From positions 3,286,001 through 3,350,000 of the forward strand of contig NW_026262701.1 in assembly GCF_021869535.1 (NCBI RefSeq): a stretch of 64,000 nt of DNA, read 5' to 3'. The stretch's first letter is position 1. Each line of letters begins with the position of its first letter. Positions 39,388 to 52,083 of the stretch are shown piece by piece. The position numbers and the translations under genes were made by a program. The notes below the pieces were generated by a model that made no database searches, was not told where the DNA came from, and saw only the letters and a program-made list of their open reading frames with translations. Origin of the DNA: Mytilus californianus (taxonomy: Eukaryota).

Positions 39388-41115
39388 TGTAACACGCTCA
39401 AACGTGTCCATCACCTTAACCGTGTCCTATTCACCCAAATGTGTCTATTTCGCCCAAACATGTTCTAAAACTTCTAAATCGCTAAATCGTGTCCGATAAT
39501 TGTTATTTGCCAAAACGTGTCCACTTTTAAACGCCTGAACGTCTCAAAACTTTTAGCGCTATGATGTCCTTAGTGACGATAAAAATGGCAATTCAATAAT
39601 AGGGGACACGATTGAAGATGTTAGGTTTCGGTTGGATTCTAAAAAAAGATTAAAGTCGCTATCAAAGGACATAAATGCTGAAGTATTTGGGGCACAAATA
39701 CCGGATTCCAACATTAAACAAGTAACAGAGTTGAAAGAAGAAATCCAAACGTTATTATAACATTATACTAAGTTTTGTTCAATGCCGGTTGTTTATATTT
39801 AGCATAATAGCAAGTTTTTTTGCAACATATAAATTAACTCTTGATTGCTTAATGTCCAGTCGCAAATATTTCATGCATATTTAGAGCTGACATTCAAATT
39901 GAAATTAATTAGATTTGTACAGTTCTTATAGTTTACTAAGTGAATTCTTTTGTACTAATATACTCCGCTGATGTCTTACTACATTCATATGATGTATGAG
40001 GAGATATCACGGATTTTTAAATCAGCTCTTCAAAGTATGTGCTGGTATTAAGTTTTTAATTTTAAAATATTTTTGGTTTGAGCAGCACTAAAGACACATA
40101 AACAAGAGGAATTAATTTGCATGTATTGATAGCATCCCTGATACCAACCTTATAATTATGTCAGCTCCGTGTTGAAGGCCGTACTTTGGCCTATAATGGT
40201 TTACTTTTACAAATTGTGACTTGAATGGACAGTTGTCTCATTGGTACTCATACCACATCTTCTTATATCTATTATAATTCATAATCGTTAAGTACCTAAA
40301 GGTATCGATAAAATACGTTAAAAATGCGTAAATTCCAAGATGTGAATGCAAGTCATTTAAAATATGCATCCTATTTTTAACTGTAACATAACGTTAAATC
40401 AATTGAGAAAGAAGAAACAGTCGACTGCCAGAAAATAATGGATTAACTGATTGAGTTCATGCATATATCAGACAATAAATCGATTGATTGTTGGTTGGTT
40501 AATGCCCAATGGGTAATATTTCATGGATATTCAGGACGAGAACATATTACCAATAAAAACAATAGGTAGGTCTATAATAAAGGCACTCTCCCTACACGTG
40601 GTTTCGGATTTAACATCCCCATTCTGACCGGACGTGACTGCGTACTTTTACATCCCGCACAGCCAAACGGACGCCCCATTTGGCAAGGGTTTTACTGTCG
40701 GGCGGAGGAAGACCTAAGTGACCATATTTTTCTATTTCCCAGTCACACTCTAGGGTAGGACAATATATGACAGAGTAAAAGGAGTACACGTAAATGAAAG
40801 AGCAATAACCAAACTTGTTGTTGAAAAAATACATATTTAATATTGTGGACATGTTATCGTTATTTGAAGGCAAAACATCAACTTAATTAAAAGGGAAGTT
40901 TAGAATGTGGTCAAAATTGAGCGTTCATAAAAAGGAGACGTTTAGGCTTTATATGGACACGTTTGGGGGAATGGTCACATTTGGGCGTTCTTATAAATGA
41001 ACACGATTGCGCGCTTTTTAACACCTAGACATGTTTTACAATTCAGTGACGTAATATGGACACGTTTGGGGGAATAGGACACGTTTGGTTGATGGATACG
41101 TTTCTGAGTGTTACA
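39388..41115. mobile_element. Non-autonomous DNA transposon with ~60-bp TIRs (TGTAACAC...GTGTTACA), TA flanks and nested repeats
   Basis: The left end tgtaacacgctcaaacgtgtccatcacc... matches the reverse complement of the right end ...gatggatacgtttctgagtgttaca. TA lies at 39386-87 and 41116-17, and AAACGTGTCC subterminal repeats occur at both ends. Confidence 0.8.
40585..40725 (-). mobile_element. GC-rich SINE central-domain-like fragment
   Basis: Minus strand AAATGGGGCGTCCGTTTGGCTGTGCGGGATG...CAGTCACGTCCGGTCAGAATGGGGATGTTAAATCCG resembles conserved mollusc SINE core domains (from recollection, not searched). Confidence 0.4.
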
Positions 41116-41176
41116 TACATATGCGTTATCTCTAAACCACACGTAAAAAAAGGACGGGTTTGTTTGGCACTAATCT

Positions 41177-41479
41177 TTACGACAAAAGAGAAAATTTTAG
41201 TTTCCCAATTGTGAACTTTCCATTTATATGTAGCAACATTTCAATAACGCCCGTATATGGAGTATATTTCTCACAGTTGATACGATAAATACAGTGCTTT
41301 CGTTTCCTATCATGATTTCCATGATAGGTGTTGCTGATTATAAGAAAGCTAAATACCACTCTAGGCGAGCTCGCAACTAAAACAAATCCAAGGTCATGAG
41401 ACACAGAACTTTCAACTAAATCACGATGACGTCCGTTCAGTGTTCGATGATATGATTTCAACTTATCAACTTGCAGCAC
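41177..41479 (-). mobile_element. Decayed Naiad RT C-terminal fragment
   Basis: The plus strand carries gacaaaagaga...ttcccaattgtgaactttccattt...ccgtatatggagtatat...cagttgatacgata, matching the [26 protein letters not shown] region of the 25.4-kb element (in frame on + strand with indels; orientation call tentative). Confidence 0.5.
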
Positions 41480-41574
41480 TTAGTAGGCTTCCTTGTGAGC
41501 ATCAACTCTCTATCATGAAAATCATTATCAAAAAACGCAAGCAGTGGAATATCGTAACAACTGGAGCTATATGC

Positions 41575-42452
41575 AAAACCCCGAAAGGTCCAACGTGATG
41601 CGGCTTCAGCAAGTAAAAGGTTCCTACTTTTACACATTCAAATTCTCTGGAAATTCAGTTCTTACAAATATTTAATAACTCCAAAGTTTTACATCTCTAT
41701 TGTACTGTCTGCTGCTTTTTAGAAAACAGACACATGGTTAGGCTCTGACAATTTAAAAAAATGGCATCATCTCCAATATCATTGCATAGAGATTCATTAT
41801 TTATAGCTATGTTCCTCATTTTGAGGCGCAAAAGAGATTTTGACCCATTTTGTAGACGTTAGATATAATTTTTCGAAATACTCTTGTGTGATCCTCTTTG
41901 GGTTGACTTTCTGAATAGATCTCTGCATTTTTGTTAAATTCTGTGGGGGAAAAAGGTTGTTTCACCACTTTAAGGCAATGACTCTAATATCGCTATAAGT
42001 CATCAATTATTAATTCAATGTGTAAGTATAAAAAAAATTTTCCAGTATACCTTCACAGGTCACAATATGTATGTGAATTCTTATCGATACTTTCAATTAC
42101 AATTACAATTACAATATACAGACCCTGTTAAAGCATTGTGAACATTATTTTGCTGTATACGAGTGCATTTGAACTAAAAATATATGCAAAATAATCTCGT
42201 ATTTCCACCCTTAAAATCCTTATTAATGTGCTGTGAACATTATTCGTATCATAAAATGTTCAGGGCTATGAAGTACCAATTTTAAAAACCTAATTTTTCA
42301 ACATAATCCTAATTCAATAAAGATGTGTTAATGAAGAGCAGAATAAAGATTGCGTTATTAAGTGCTGGTAAAGAAGTAACTTTCCAATGAAATCAACTAA
42401 GGACATTTTGAATTTCATCAACATAACATAGGGCCTTTTGGGGGTTTCCCAT
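41575..42452. mobile_element. ~0.9-kb non-autonomous DNA element with GAAACCCCGAAAGGCCC-like inverted ends
   Basis: A second diverged copy lies at about 47374-48632, interrupted by another repeat at about 47965-48300. Ends aaaccccgaaaggtcc and gggccttttgggggttt. Confidence 0.65.
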
Positions 42453-42789
42453 GTTGTGAAAGATTTATTCTCATCTATAAAAAGCTTTAATAGCTTTAAA
42501 GTATTAATATGTGTGAGATGGCGAGGTTTTAATGAGGTAGAAAGACCCAAAATTTATAGGAGATTATGGGCATGCCTAGTGATATTATATACATTCCAAT
42601 GATTTGATGTACATATCATTGTTGTTCTTTTATTCATAATAAATGAAAACAATCACGCGATAAATAGATGTACAGGTTTTATTAAACCATGAAAATGAGG
42701 TAGTCTTTGGACAAAAGTCTTACATAAACGTGTGACCATAAGGTAGGTCTTCTCTAAGTTTCATAGGTTAATATAAAGAATCATGTTGT

Positions 42790-43222
42790 CGTCATCGTCG
42801 TTGAGGAATAAGGGTCCCTATGTCGTCATCCTCCTTGCTGCAGGATAAGTGCCCTTTGTCGCCATCCTCGTTGCTGCAGGATAAGTGTCCCTATGTCGCC
42901 TTCCTCGTCACTGCAGGATAAGTGTCCCTCTGTTGCCATCCTCCTTGCTGCAGGATAAAATTCCATATGTCTTCATCCTGGTCGCCCAAAGATAGGTGTC
43001 CTTATGTCGTCATTCTCGTCGCTGCAAGATCAGTGTCCTTATGTTTACATGCTCCTCGTTGCAAGATAAGTGTTCCTATGTCGTCGCCATCCTCGTCGCT
43101 GCAAGATCAGTGTCCATATGTAATCATTATCGTTGCTGCAGAATAAGTATCCCTATGTCGCCTCCTCGTCACTACAGTGTCCCTTTGTTGCCATCCTCGT
43201 CGCTGCAGGATAAGTGTCCTTA
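42790..43222. repeat. GC-rich 37-bp minisatellite, about 11-12 copies
   Basis: Consensus CAGGATAAGTGTCCCTATGTCGCCATCCTCGTCGCTG, head-to-tail without spacers. Confidence 0.9.
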
Positions 43223-46200
43223 TTTCGCGCATTCTGTGATACTTGTTTTAGGAGAAACAAAAGCGGACTCATATGCCTCAAATCATTTTAGGGAGGAGTT
43301 ACTAACTGAAAAGAAAAATTTCGAACGTGATTTTCGATGAAAACTTTTTTTTATGTATACTGAAATAAGACATGAAATAACGGAATTTAATTTCACTTTG
43401 AACAAAGCCTTTCATAAAAGAATAAATTGCCTGAAAAGTATTTTTTACAAACATTTTTTTAAATGTATGAAATTTCACAGCAAAGTTTTATTGAATTTTA
43501 AATTCCCGTTATGTAAATAGTTACCATTCATGCCATGTATTTGTGAACAATTAAAGGCTTTTAGTAATGCAGGTAAATAAATTTTACTAAATATATAGTC
43601 CAAGTATTTATTTCATTTAGAAACCTCTTGCATTATCAGCAATCATCGCTGCTAAAATTGATATTATTTTTAAAAAACCCACGAATTCCTTTTCCAGTTT
43701 GCAACTTGGTTTTGTATTTAGGCACAATAGTTTTGCAATATTGATAAAAAGAAGTGTCCTTGTGTGTGTTTAAAACAAGCTCTCAGTATCGCAAATCAAC
43801 TAATGTTATTTGTACGTTTCTGCGATAAATGTGTTAGATGAGCAGGTTGTAAAAGATACTAGGTTTACATTAGGCATCATGACTGTACAAGATGCATACA
43901 GGATATATCACTACAGTTTTTGATCACATGCACATATTTTCGTATACTGTCTTCAATTTTCTAAAACTTCTTTATTTGACATACACCTCACTCAAAATAT
44001 GTACTTAGATCTTCCAGCAATTTAGAAGAACATGAATTAAAGTTTATTCATTTGATATCCTAGTTGGTTGTCTTAATAATTCCTTGGGATTGTTATCTGC
44101 TGCACCGCATTCAGTTCAATTCCTTTAAATTTGACTTCACAAACATAATATAAAAAAACTGAAAGAACAAAACATTATGGCCTAGAATATTCCCTTTGTT
44201 ACCTACAAAACCGTATAAACTTGACAATAGGACAACCATACGTGATATGACTATCAATTAGCAAATATTATCTGTCAATTGCATACAGTTATATAATCTA
44301 TACAAATACATAGTCATAAATCTAGGTGATATGGACACACACAAGGACGATGAATCCCAAAATTTGGTTAAACATCGAAAATTCTGAATGGTAAATAAGT
44401 TTCAAAGCAACAAAGATGGCATTGAAATAGTGTAATTTGTATACTTTTGCTTACACATTCGTCATGTGGTTTCATACGTGCGAACATACCCGAATAAGTG
44501 AGTGACATGTGAGAAATTTATGTAAATCTAATAAGTCACATTACTAGAGATCGTCATCCAAAAAAACATTTAAAATCGAAAGGGAGCTTACCGTTTAAAA
44601 TCGATCCCAGCATATGTTTAATGTGTTATGAAGTATATTAAATATTGTATTAAGTTTGACGGTTAAAGTTCAATAACTTTGAAACAACAATAATCGTAAA
44701 TCAAAAGGGAGATTTCTTTAACCGCTTCAAATATTCTATACAAGCTTTAAAAATTTCATGACATCATTGTGTTGCTTTTTATGGCGGACATACGGTCAGA
44801 CAAACTGACTGACGGACTGACGGAGAGCGTTACATCATGATATGTTCCGTCTATGACGGCCGCATACAAATAATATAAAAATGAAAAAGAAAGTGTCTAT
44901 TTAGTTTCGGATGTAGTTTTGTTGCTGTCCAACTTACCTAATTTATTTAATTTTAATAAGTTCATGATCATTTGTTTCATTACATATCATTCAATAAGTA
45001 ATAATTTTAAGAAAGCATTTTTTTAATAAGGAAACAGAATTCGTGTGATAAGTTCATTATGGGAAATAAATAGAATATATATATAAATATGAAAATAAGA
45101 GGATATGGTATGATTTCCAGTGAGATAATTATCCACATGAGACCACATGATGAAGATCTAAGTTAAAGTTTATTTTGTTAAATAAAAAAAAACTACATAT
45201 ATCTTGTGTAAATTTCGTTTTCGTACTGTAACCAAGTGTTCTTGATTCATACCGGCTTCTTGTCGTACATAACATAGCCTAAAACCTTTAGAAATGTGCA
45301 TCAAATAATGTCTTTACCTGTCCAAAAGTGTTGTTGTTGTTTTTGTACTCCTTCTTGTATACTTAAACATTTATATGATGAATTTTGGATACTGTAAAAT
45401 TTCACATGAATGTATTCAATCTACATTCAAGAATTTAAAATTTGAATTTGTGGTATGTTGGATAATGGAGTAGTAATAACGGATGTTCTATATCTGATAA
45501 CAGTCATGTAGGTATGTAAACATATTATGTAAAATTCCAAACTTAGTTTAATATGGCACCTTCTGTGGGAACGAAAAAAAAGGAATCTCAAAATCCAGAA
45601 AAGTTTATAACTTTTCTGAAACATAAAATGCATTAAGAATTTAATTATCCTGTTCCTGCCTGATGCCTTAAAAAATGTGAGTCATAATTGCTTTTTTTTA
45701 ATAACTGGAAAAAGATATAAACATTGCAAATGCGCTGTATTGCAAAAGTCGTATAATAAGTTACACTTAACACAACTGGTTGAGTATAATTCTAAATTGG
45801 TAGTATGGTCCCATTTTTTGGTGGAGTATGGTTTAGACATTAAGAACAGGTTATGATCTTGTCTGACACAAGTGAAACATAGATCGAATATATGTCAAGC
45901 ATTGGTTAAGACCGTATCAGCCTTGTCCACTTTTAAGTTTTGAGTAGGATAGAGTTCATGGCAGTTCAGTTAGTTATAATTAAGATGGCGTCAAGTAATA
46001 TTGAGTACATAGACTACACAGACTTTGTAAAACGTCATCGGTGTCTGAGCAAAAGGTGAATGAGACAGAGTTTTGTCAAAGAAAGTCTCGTCCTTTTTCA
46101 TCGGAAAATACCAAGACTTAATTGATAAATATTCAGTGTCTACTTGACAAATATTACAAGATTTTATCTGAAAAAAGACATTATCAATATTCTATATTTC

Positions 46201-47109
46201 TTGATTGACAACATATTTGTTACGTTGGAGGACATATTTTTCAACAAACAATCGGCATTCCTATGGATTTCAACTGTGATCATCTTTTTGCCGGAGTAAT
46301 ATGTCAAGTAAAAACAGTACAATCAATTACACACACTGCCAATTTCAGGTTTTTTAGTCTATGTAGCAAGGAAGTAGATTCGAATTCAGAATATGATTTT
46401 TAATATTTTTTTTGTTAGAATCTCAGCTTTTCATATATTATAAAATTAGTTTAAAAAAAACTTTACAACTGATTTCCGACGAGGATCAGGTGAGTAAATA
46501 CTTCATAGGGACAACAAATATAAGAATAAGAAGGGTGATCAAAAGATGTGTGTAAAAAGGATGAAAATCTTAATGGTAAGCAGGTTTATATGCAACTTAG
46601 TTGGAAAGAGATTCATATAAAACTGTTTGATTGTTATTTCATAAAATGTCAATATTGAGAATAGGTATACAAAAAGACACAGAAATACAAAGGGATATTC
46701 AAAATTCAGACGTCGAAGAGAAACTGACAACATAATGGCAAAAAAGCAATGAAAAGACCAACAAGTTAACAAAACACTACATAAAAAAACTAAAGACTGA
46801 GCAAATCGAACCCCACCAAATACTTATAGGGGTTTCAGTTGCTCCTGAATGATATGCAAATTTGCTCCACTTGTAGCACCAATCATGTTGCTCATGGTAA
46901 ATAAAAAATCGTAGATAGGTCCCATTGGCTGAGGTCACAATCACGGAAAAGATGATAATGATGATGATGATGATGGATGGTTGTTTAACGTATAGGACAA
47001 ATAACATGCATAATCAGGGCGATAACATGATACTGTGATATGAACTCTGCTTTGAACAGACTGTACACGCTGAACCGGGTGTTTGATGTACTAGTTTCCA
47101 AGGTAACTG

Positions 47110-47275
47110 CATGCTAAAAAGACACATGATTTTGATTTCGTGCCGACCCGTTTTGGGCCTAACTTCTACATAATGTGTGAATGGCGGAGAAGCAGTAGAT
47201 ACCAGTATTCAAGTCTTTGGTTTGACCCGACCGAAGGTCTAACCAACGGCATCATGCACGCGAGGATTGGAATCA
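47110..47275 (-). mobile_element. tRNA-derived SINE fragment
   Basis: Minus strand ...cggtcgggtcaaaccaaagac...ggtatctactgcttctccgc..., a typical mollusc SINE body following the tRNA-related head. Confidence 0.5.
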
Positions 47276-49950
47276 TAACTACTCAAACATCTAGGGTCAT
47301 GAGACACAGAAATTCGATAACTGTCAACTGATCGCAACGACGCCCGTTTTTTGTTCGAAGATATGATTCATGCGAAACCTCAAAGGTCCCATATGATGCG
47401 GCTTTAGCAAGTAAAAAAATCAATTCTTTTATACATTCAAATTTTCTGTAAATTAAGTTCTTTACAAATATTTAATTACTCCAAAGTTTTACATTTTTAT
47501 TTTACTGTCTGCTGCTCTTTGATACTGGTTAGGCTCAATCAATTTTTAAAAATAGCATTACGTCCAATATCATTGCATAGAGGTTTTTATATTATCTATA
47601 GTTGTATTCCTCTTTTTGAGGCGGAATAGGGATTTTGACCCACATTGAAGACGATTGATCTGATTTTTTGAAATATTCTAGTGTGATCCTCTTTGGTTTG
47701 ACAATCTTAAAAGATTTGTGCATTTTTGTTCATTTCTGTAGAAAAATGTTGTTTAAGCACATTAAGGCAATGACACTCATATCGCTATAAGTCATCAATT
47801 ATTAATCTAATGTGTAAGTATAAATTTTTTTCTTCCAGTATACCTTCACAGGTCACAATATGGATGTAAAATCTTATGAGAACTATCAATTACAATATAC
47901 ATACCTTGTTAAAACATTATGAAAAACATGTTGTTGTCTAAGAGTGCATTTGAACTAAGAATCTATGCAAAAAGTAAAATGACAAAATACCGAATTCCAA
48001 GGAAAATTCAAAACAGAACGTTCCTTATCAAATGGCAAAATCAAAAGCTCAAACACACCAAACGAATGAAAAACAACTGTCATATTCCTGACTTGGTACA
48101 GGCAATTCCTTTTGTAAAAAAACGGTGGATTAAACCATGTTTTATAGCTAGATAAACCTCTCACTTGTATGACAGTCGCATATAATTCCATTATATTGAC
48201 ATCAATGTTTTAGCAAAACAAACAGACATAATATGTACAAAATGACAAAAATCGGGGTACAGCAGTCAAGAGTGTGTTATAATTTTAATCACTATAAAAA
48301 AAAATAATTTGAATACGTGCTACTACCGGAAATCTGGTATTTCTAACATTAAACATCCTCTTTGATCTGTTGTGATCATCATTCCTATCATAAAATGTTC
48401 AGGGCTACATATGAAGTAACAATTTCAAAACCTTATCCTGTAATCAAATCCTACCTAAGAAATAAGTTTTTTTTGTAATGAAGAGTAGTAATGAACAGTA
48501 CAATAAAGATGTGAACATTTGGAGTTATCAAATGCTTGTAAAGAAATAATTTTTCATAGAATACAAGTTTGTGAAAATAAGGACATTTTACTTCCTGAAA
48601 TCACATATCTCGGGGCCTTTCGGGGTTTCCCAATTTGTGAAAGATTTACTTATGCTGTGTACCCCGAAAATTTAACCACATGTATGAAAAGGTCTCCCCT
48701 TCGATGTCTAACTTTACGATATGGACAGACGGATGGAACAAAGTTTTACATCTTTATTGTACTGTCTTTTGCTCTTCAAAAAAAGCAAAAAATGGTTAAG
48801 CTCAGTTAATTGTTTGAAATAGCATCGTGTCCAATATGAATGCATAAAGGTTTTTATTTCTATATTTAGATGTCCTGCTCATTTTGAGGTGCATGAGGGA
48901 AATTGACCCAATTGGGAGAAATATACCCCATATGCATGCGTTGCTGGAGTGTTCACAATTGGTAAGCTGATATTTCCGTATATTTTGTGTTTCCAACGGC
49001 GTAGACATTCATATTTGAAACACTTTTCTCAGAAATGTACATTTCTTTTATGAACATCCACAAAAGAAAGTTTTTGACGACACGTACGTTTTAGAACCAG
49101 GTCGGAAATATCTTGTCTATCCGTAAATTTTATATCTGAATTAATAATTGCAGTCTACAATCAAGGGTGTTACTGAATTATAAGAGCTTGTCACGTGCTA
49201 CAAATATCAAGAATAAAGTACCGGTCAGTTTTACAAAGTGCAAACTGAATTCACTCTTTCTATTTTACTGATCGAGCGATGGACAAAATGATATGCCTGA
49301 CATGTATGATGGGTTTATACATTACAATATGGTACCTTTATTTTGATTTGAACATTGTTTTTAGAAAAAGTTCCAACTCTCCTGTCACAAAGATGGATTT
49401 TGGCATATTTGTTTTTTACGGGATTCTTCAATGTATACGCGTTGTGAGTAAACATCAGTGTTGCACTTGTTTCTATGGTTAGGACACCACTCGATAATTC
49501 TACATTAATGAATTCATCACAGAGCAATATCACAACGGACTATGCACATGATACATGTGGTGAATTAGATATAGCCAGCCCTCAAGCTGAATAGGTATTT
49601 AAATCATTCTTAAAGCAATATAAGGTTACATGTAATGAATGTCCCATCAAATGCCATCTATGGCATTATATGATTGTATAATAGTCATATGAAAACAAAA
49701 GGTACACTAAAATAAGTCTATGTTGCTATGTAAAGTAGCAGATCTGCTTGTGTTATCCTAAATGCCTTAGATTCCTAAAACCATGTGGATTGTACTTACC
49801 AATGTATATATAGCTTTAGCCAGATTTTGTAAAACTCTTTTAGCAATTTGTTTTGTAAAACTTGTAAATGATTTGGCTTTCTGAAAGATTATTTGCCAGT
49901 GTCATCGCTGTCTTTACGTATAAAATATAAAAGGTACAAATTTATGTTCA

Positions 49951-50262
49951 TTATGTCGTAACTACAATACCCTTCCCTTTTCACGAATGTGACCTACCGA
50001 ATTAGACTATTTACCGGATTTGTAATAACATAAGCAACACGACGGGTGCCACATGTGGAGCAGGATCTGCTTACCCTTCCAGAGCACCTGAGATCACCCC
50101 CAGTTTTTGGTGGGGTTCGTGTTGCTTAGTCTTTATTTTTTGTTGTTGTGTCATCTGTAATATTATTTGTCTGTTTGTCTTTTTATTTTTGGCCAAGGCG
50201 TTGTCAGTTTGTTTTCAATCTATGAGTTTGACTGTCCCTCTGGTATCTTTCGTCCCTCTTTT
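49951..50262 (+). mobile_element. Isolated 3' end of the Naiad element (young copy)
   Basis: Near-identical to the reverse complement of 25121-25430. Further 3'-end copies at about 2170-2295, 6355-6560, 24540-24702, 29390-29720, 30240-30450, 46670-46960, 53570-53740, 55005-55410, 56750-56900, 57545-57680, 60345-60575 and 60970-61085. Confidence 0.88.
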
Positions 50263-50921
50263 ACTCCACCAGATGCGCATTTTGACAACTAATGTTTGAA
50301 GATTGATATTAAAGGCTAAATATTTTAAAAGTCTAAAAACGTGATGCAAATTTTTAACAGCTGATAAAACTAAATATGGACAAACGTTTAGCCTGAACTT
50401 TACAAGGTATCAGAACTATGCATGATGGAGATACTCTCTGAGATGTGAATAAAGTTTTTATCTTGGCCCGAGGACGCAGTTATCGTCCTTTGATTTTCGT
50501 TGTCTACAAATGTAGTCCCTAGTGTAGACAGTGTATAACTTGCCAGTTTTTTTATACACTTTTCAAATTTATTTCTTTATATTGTATGCATGAGATATTA
50601 AGTTTGGGGATAAAATTACACGTTAAAAAAATTTAGGTGATGAATTTTTATGTAAAGTAGTAATTTGGTCCAGTTAAAAAAGGTCAAAAATTAGTATGTC
50701 TGAAGCTGTCAAACACTCGTGCATATAACGTACAAGGTATTTTTTGCTGATATGATGTTTTGAAACATAGCAACGCTGTAACTGACATTTTTTTCTTTGT
50801 TAAAGCGAGGAGAATTTGATCGGGATAAGAACACAAGATCTGCAATACTATCTTCATTCTTTTACGGGTACGTTTTCACACAAATACCTGGAGGATGGTT
50901 GGCTGATAGATTAGGCGGGAA

Positions 50922-52083
50922 AAGCCATATAGACAATTTGATTATTAGTGTAACGAAACATTTAAATATACTGAGAAAAATCAAGTATCAACTTTGTAGG
51001 AAAAACTTTGAAAAACTCTATATAGTATTTATAAGACCAATTTTTGAATATGCAACTGAAGGTTGGGATAATTGTGGGATAGGATATGCTAATAAACTTG
51101 AAAGTCTGCAGCTAGAAGCTGCTAGAATAGTTACTGGTTTGCCTATATTTACAAAATCTGAAAATCTGTATGAGGAAGTTGGGTGGGAAACTTTAGCTGA
51201 CAGGAGGAAAAGACGAAAATTACAAATGTTTTATAACATTCAATACAAACATGCTCCGGATTATCTATGTAATCTAGTTCAACCCAGTGTACAGAGCACA
51301 ACTGTATATCCCTTGCAAAATGGCAATGATATTATTGTTCCCTTTTGTAGATTATCCCTTACTAAAGAATCTTTTATACCATCAACTATTAGACTATGGA
51401 ATCATACCGATTTGTCCCTTCGAAAATCAGACTCTATCTCAAAATTTAAAATCCAATTAAAAAGGCTAAATACTATAAATAAAGATGTACCGAAGCACTA
51501 TTCATATGGACCGAGGAAACTAAATATGATTCTAACACAATTCAGATGCTATTCATCTTTCTTGAACTATGACTTGTTTAGAGTCAATATAATTTCTGAC
51601 CCATCTTGTTTTTGTAAATGCAACATTGAGACTGTACACCATTTTCTTTTCGACTGTTCTTTATATACACACCAGAGAGAAATTCTGATGAACAATCTAA
51701 GATGGCTTCCTGATGACCTTATATTAAATGTTAAGTTACTAACATCTGGTAATCCAAACCTTTCGTATGAACAAAAAGTCAATATATTTAAACATGTATT
51801 CGAGTTTATTAAAAGGTCTGAGAGATTTCTTGTTATATGATACTAATAGTGTATTTGCGGTACATTCACGTCATCATCCTCATCATCATTACCAATGTTT
51901 CCGTTATTATGTTTTATCTTTTTTTTTCAATAGAGACTCTTATAGTATTGTATATTCTGAATTATTGCACGCTCACATTAATATTGTATTGTAATTTATT
52001 GTTATTCGGAGCGGACTTCATAAGTATGGTTTACTTGTGTCCAATCCATTTTACTTTGAGTAAATAAAATATGTTTAAACTAA
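50922..52083 (+). mobile_element. 5'-truncated CR1/L2-type LINE (ORF2 C-terminus and 3' UTR) with 12-bp TSD
   Basis: TSD ATTAGGCGGGAA at 50910-50921 and 52084-52095. About 305 uninterrupted codons with IRPIFEYA, LESLQLEAARIVTG, FIPSTIRLWN and a C-x-C-x8-H-x4-C motif (CFCKCNIETVHHFLFDC). Stop at 51840, AATAAA at about 52064. Confidence 0.92.

Noticed and set aside
42790-43222. CRISPR-like array (37-bp repeats)
   Set aside because: The units are contiguous with no unique spacers, no cas genes are present and the context is eukaryotic.
46040-46095. TGAATGA-GACAGAGTTTTGTC-AAAGAAA hammerhead-like string
   Set aside because: The core boxes are not canonical and there is no palindromic stem III or stem I.
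50797-51840. 347-aa ORF as a functional transporter or novel protein
   Set aside because: Only 39 codons derive from the transporter; the rest is LINE ORF2 bounded by a TSD.
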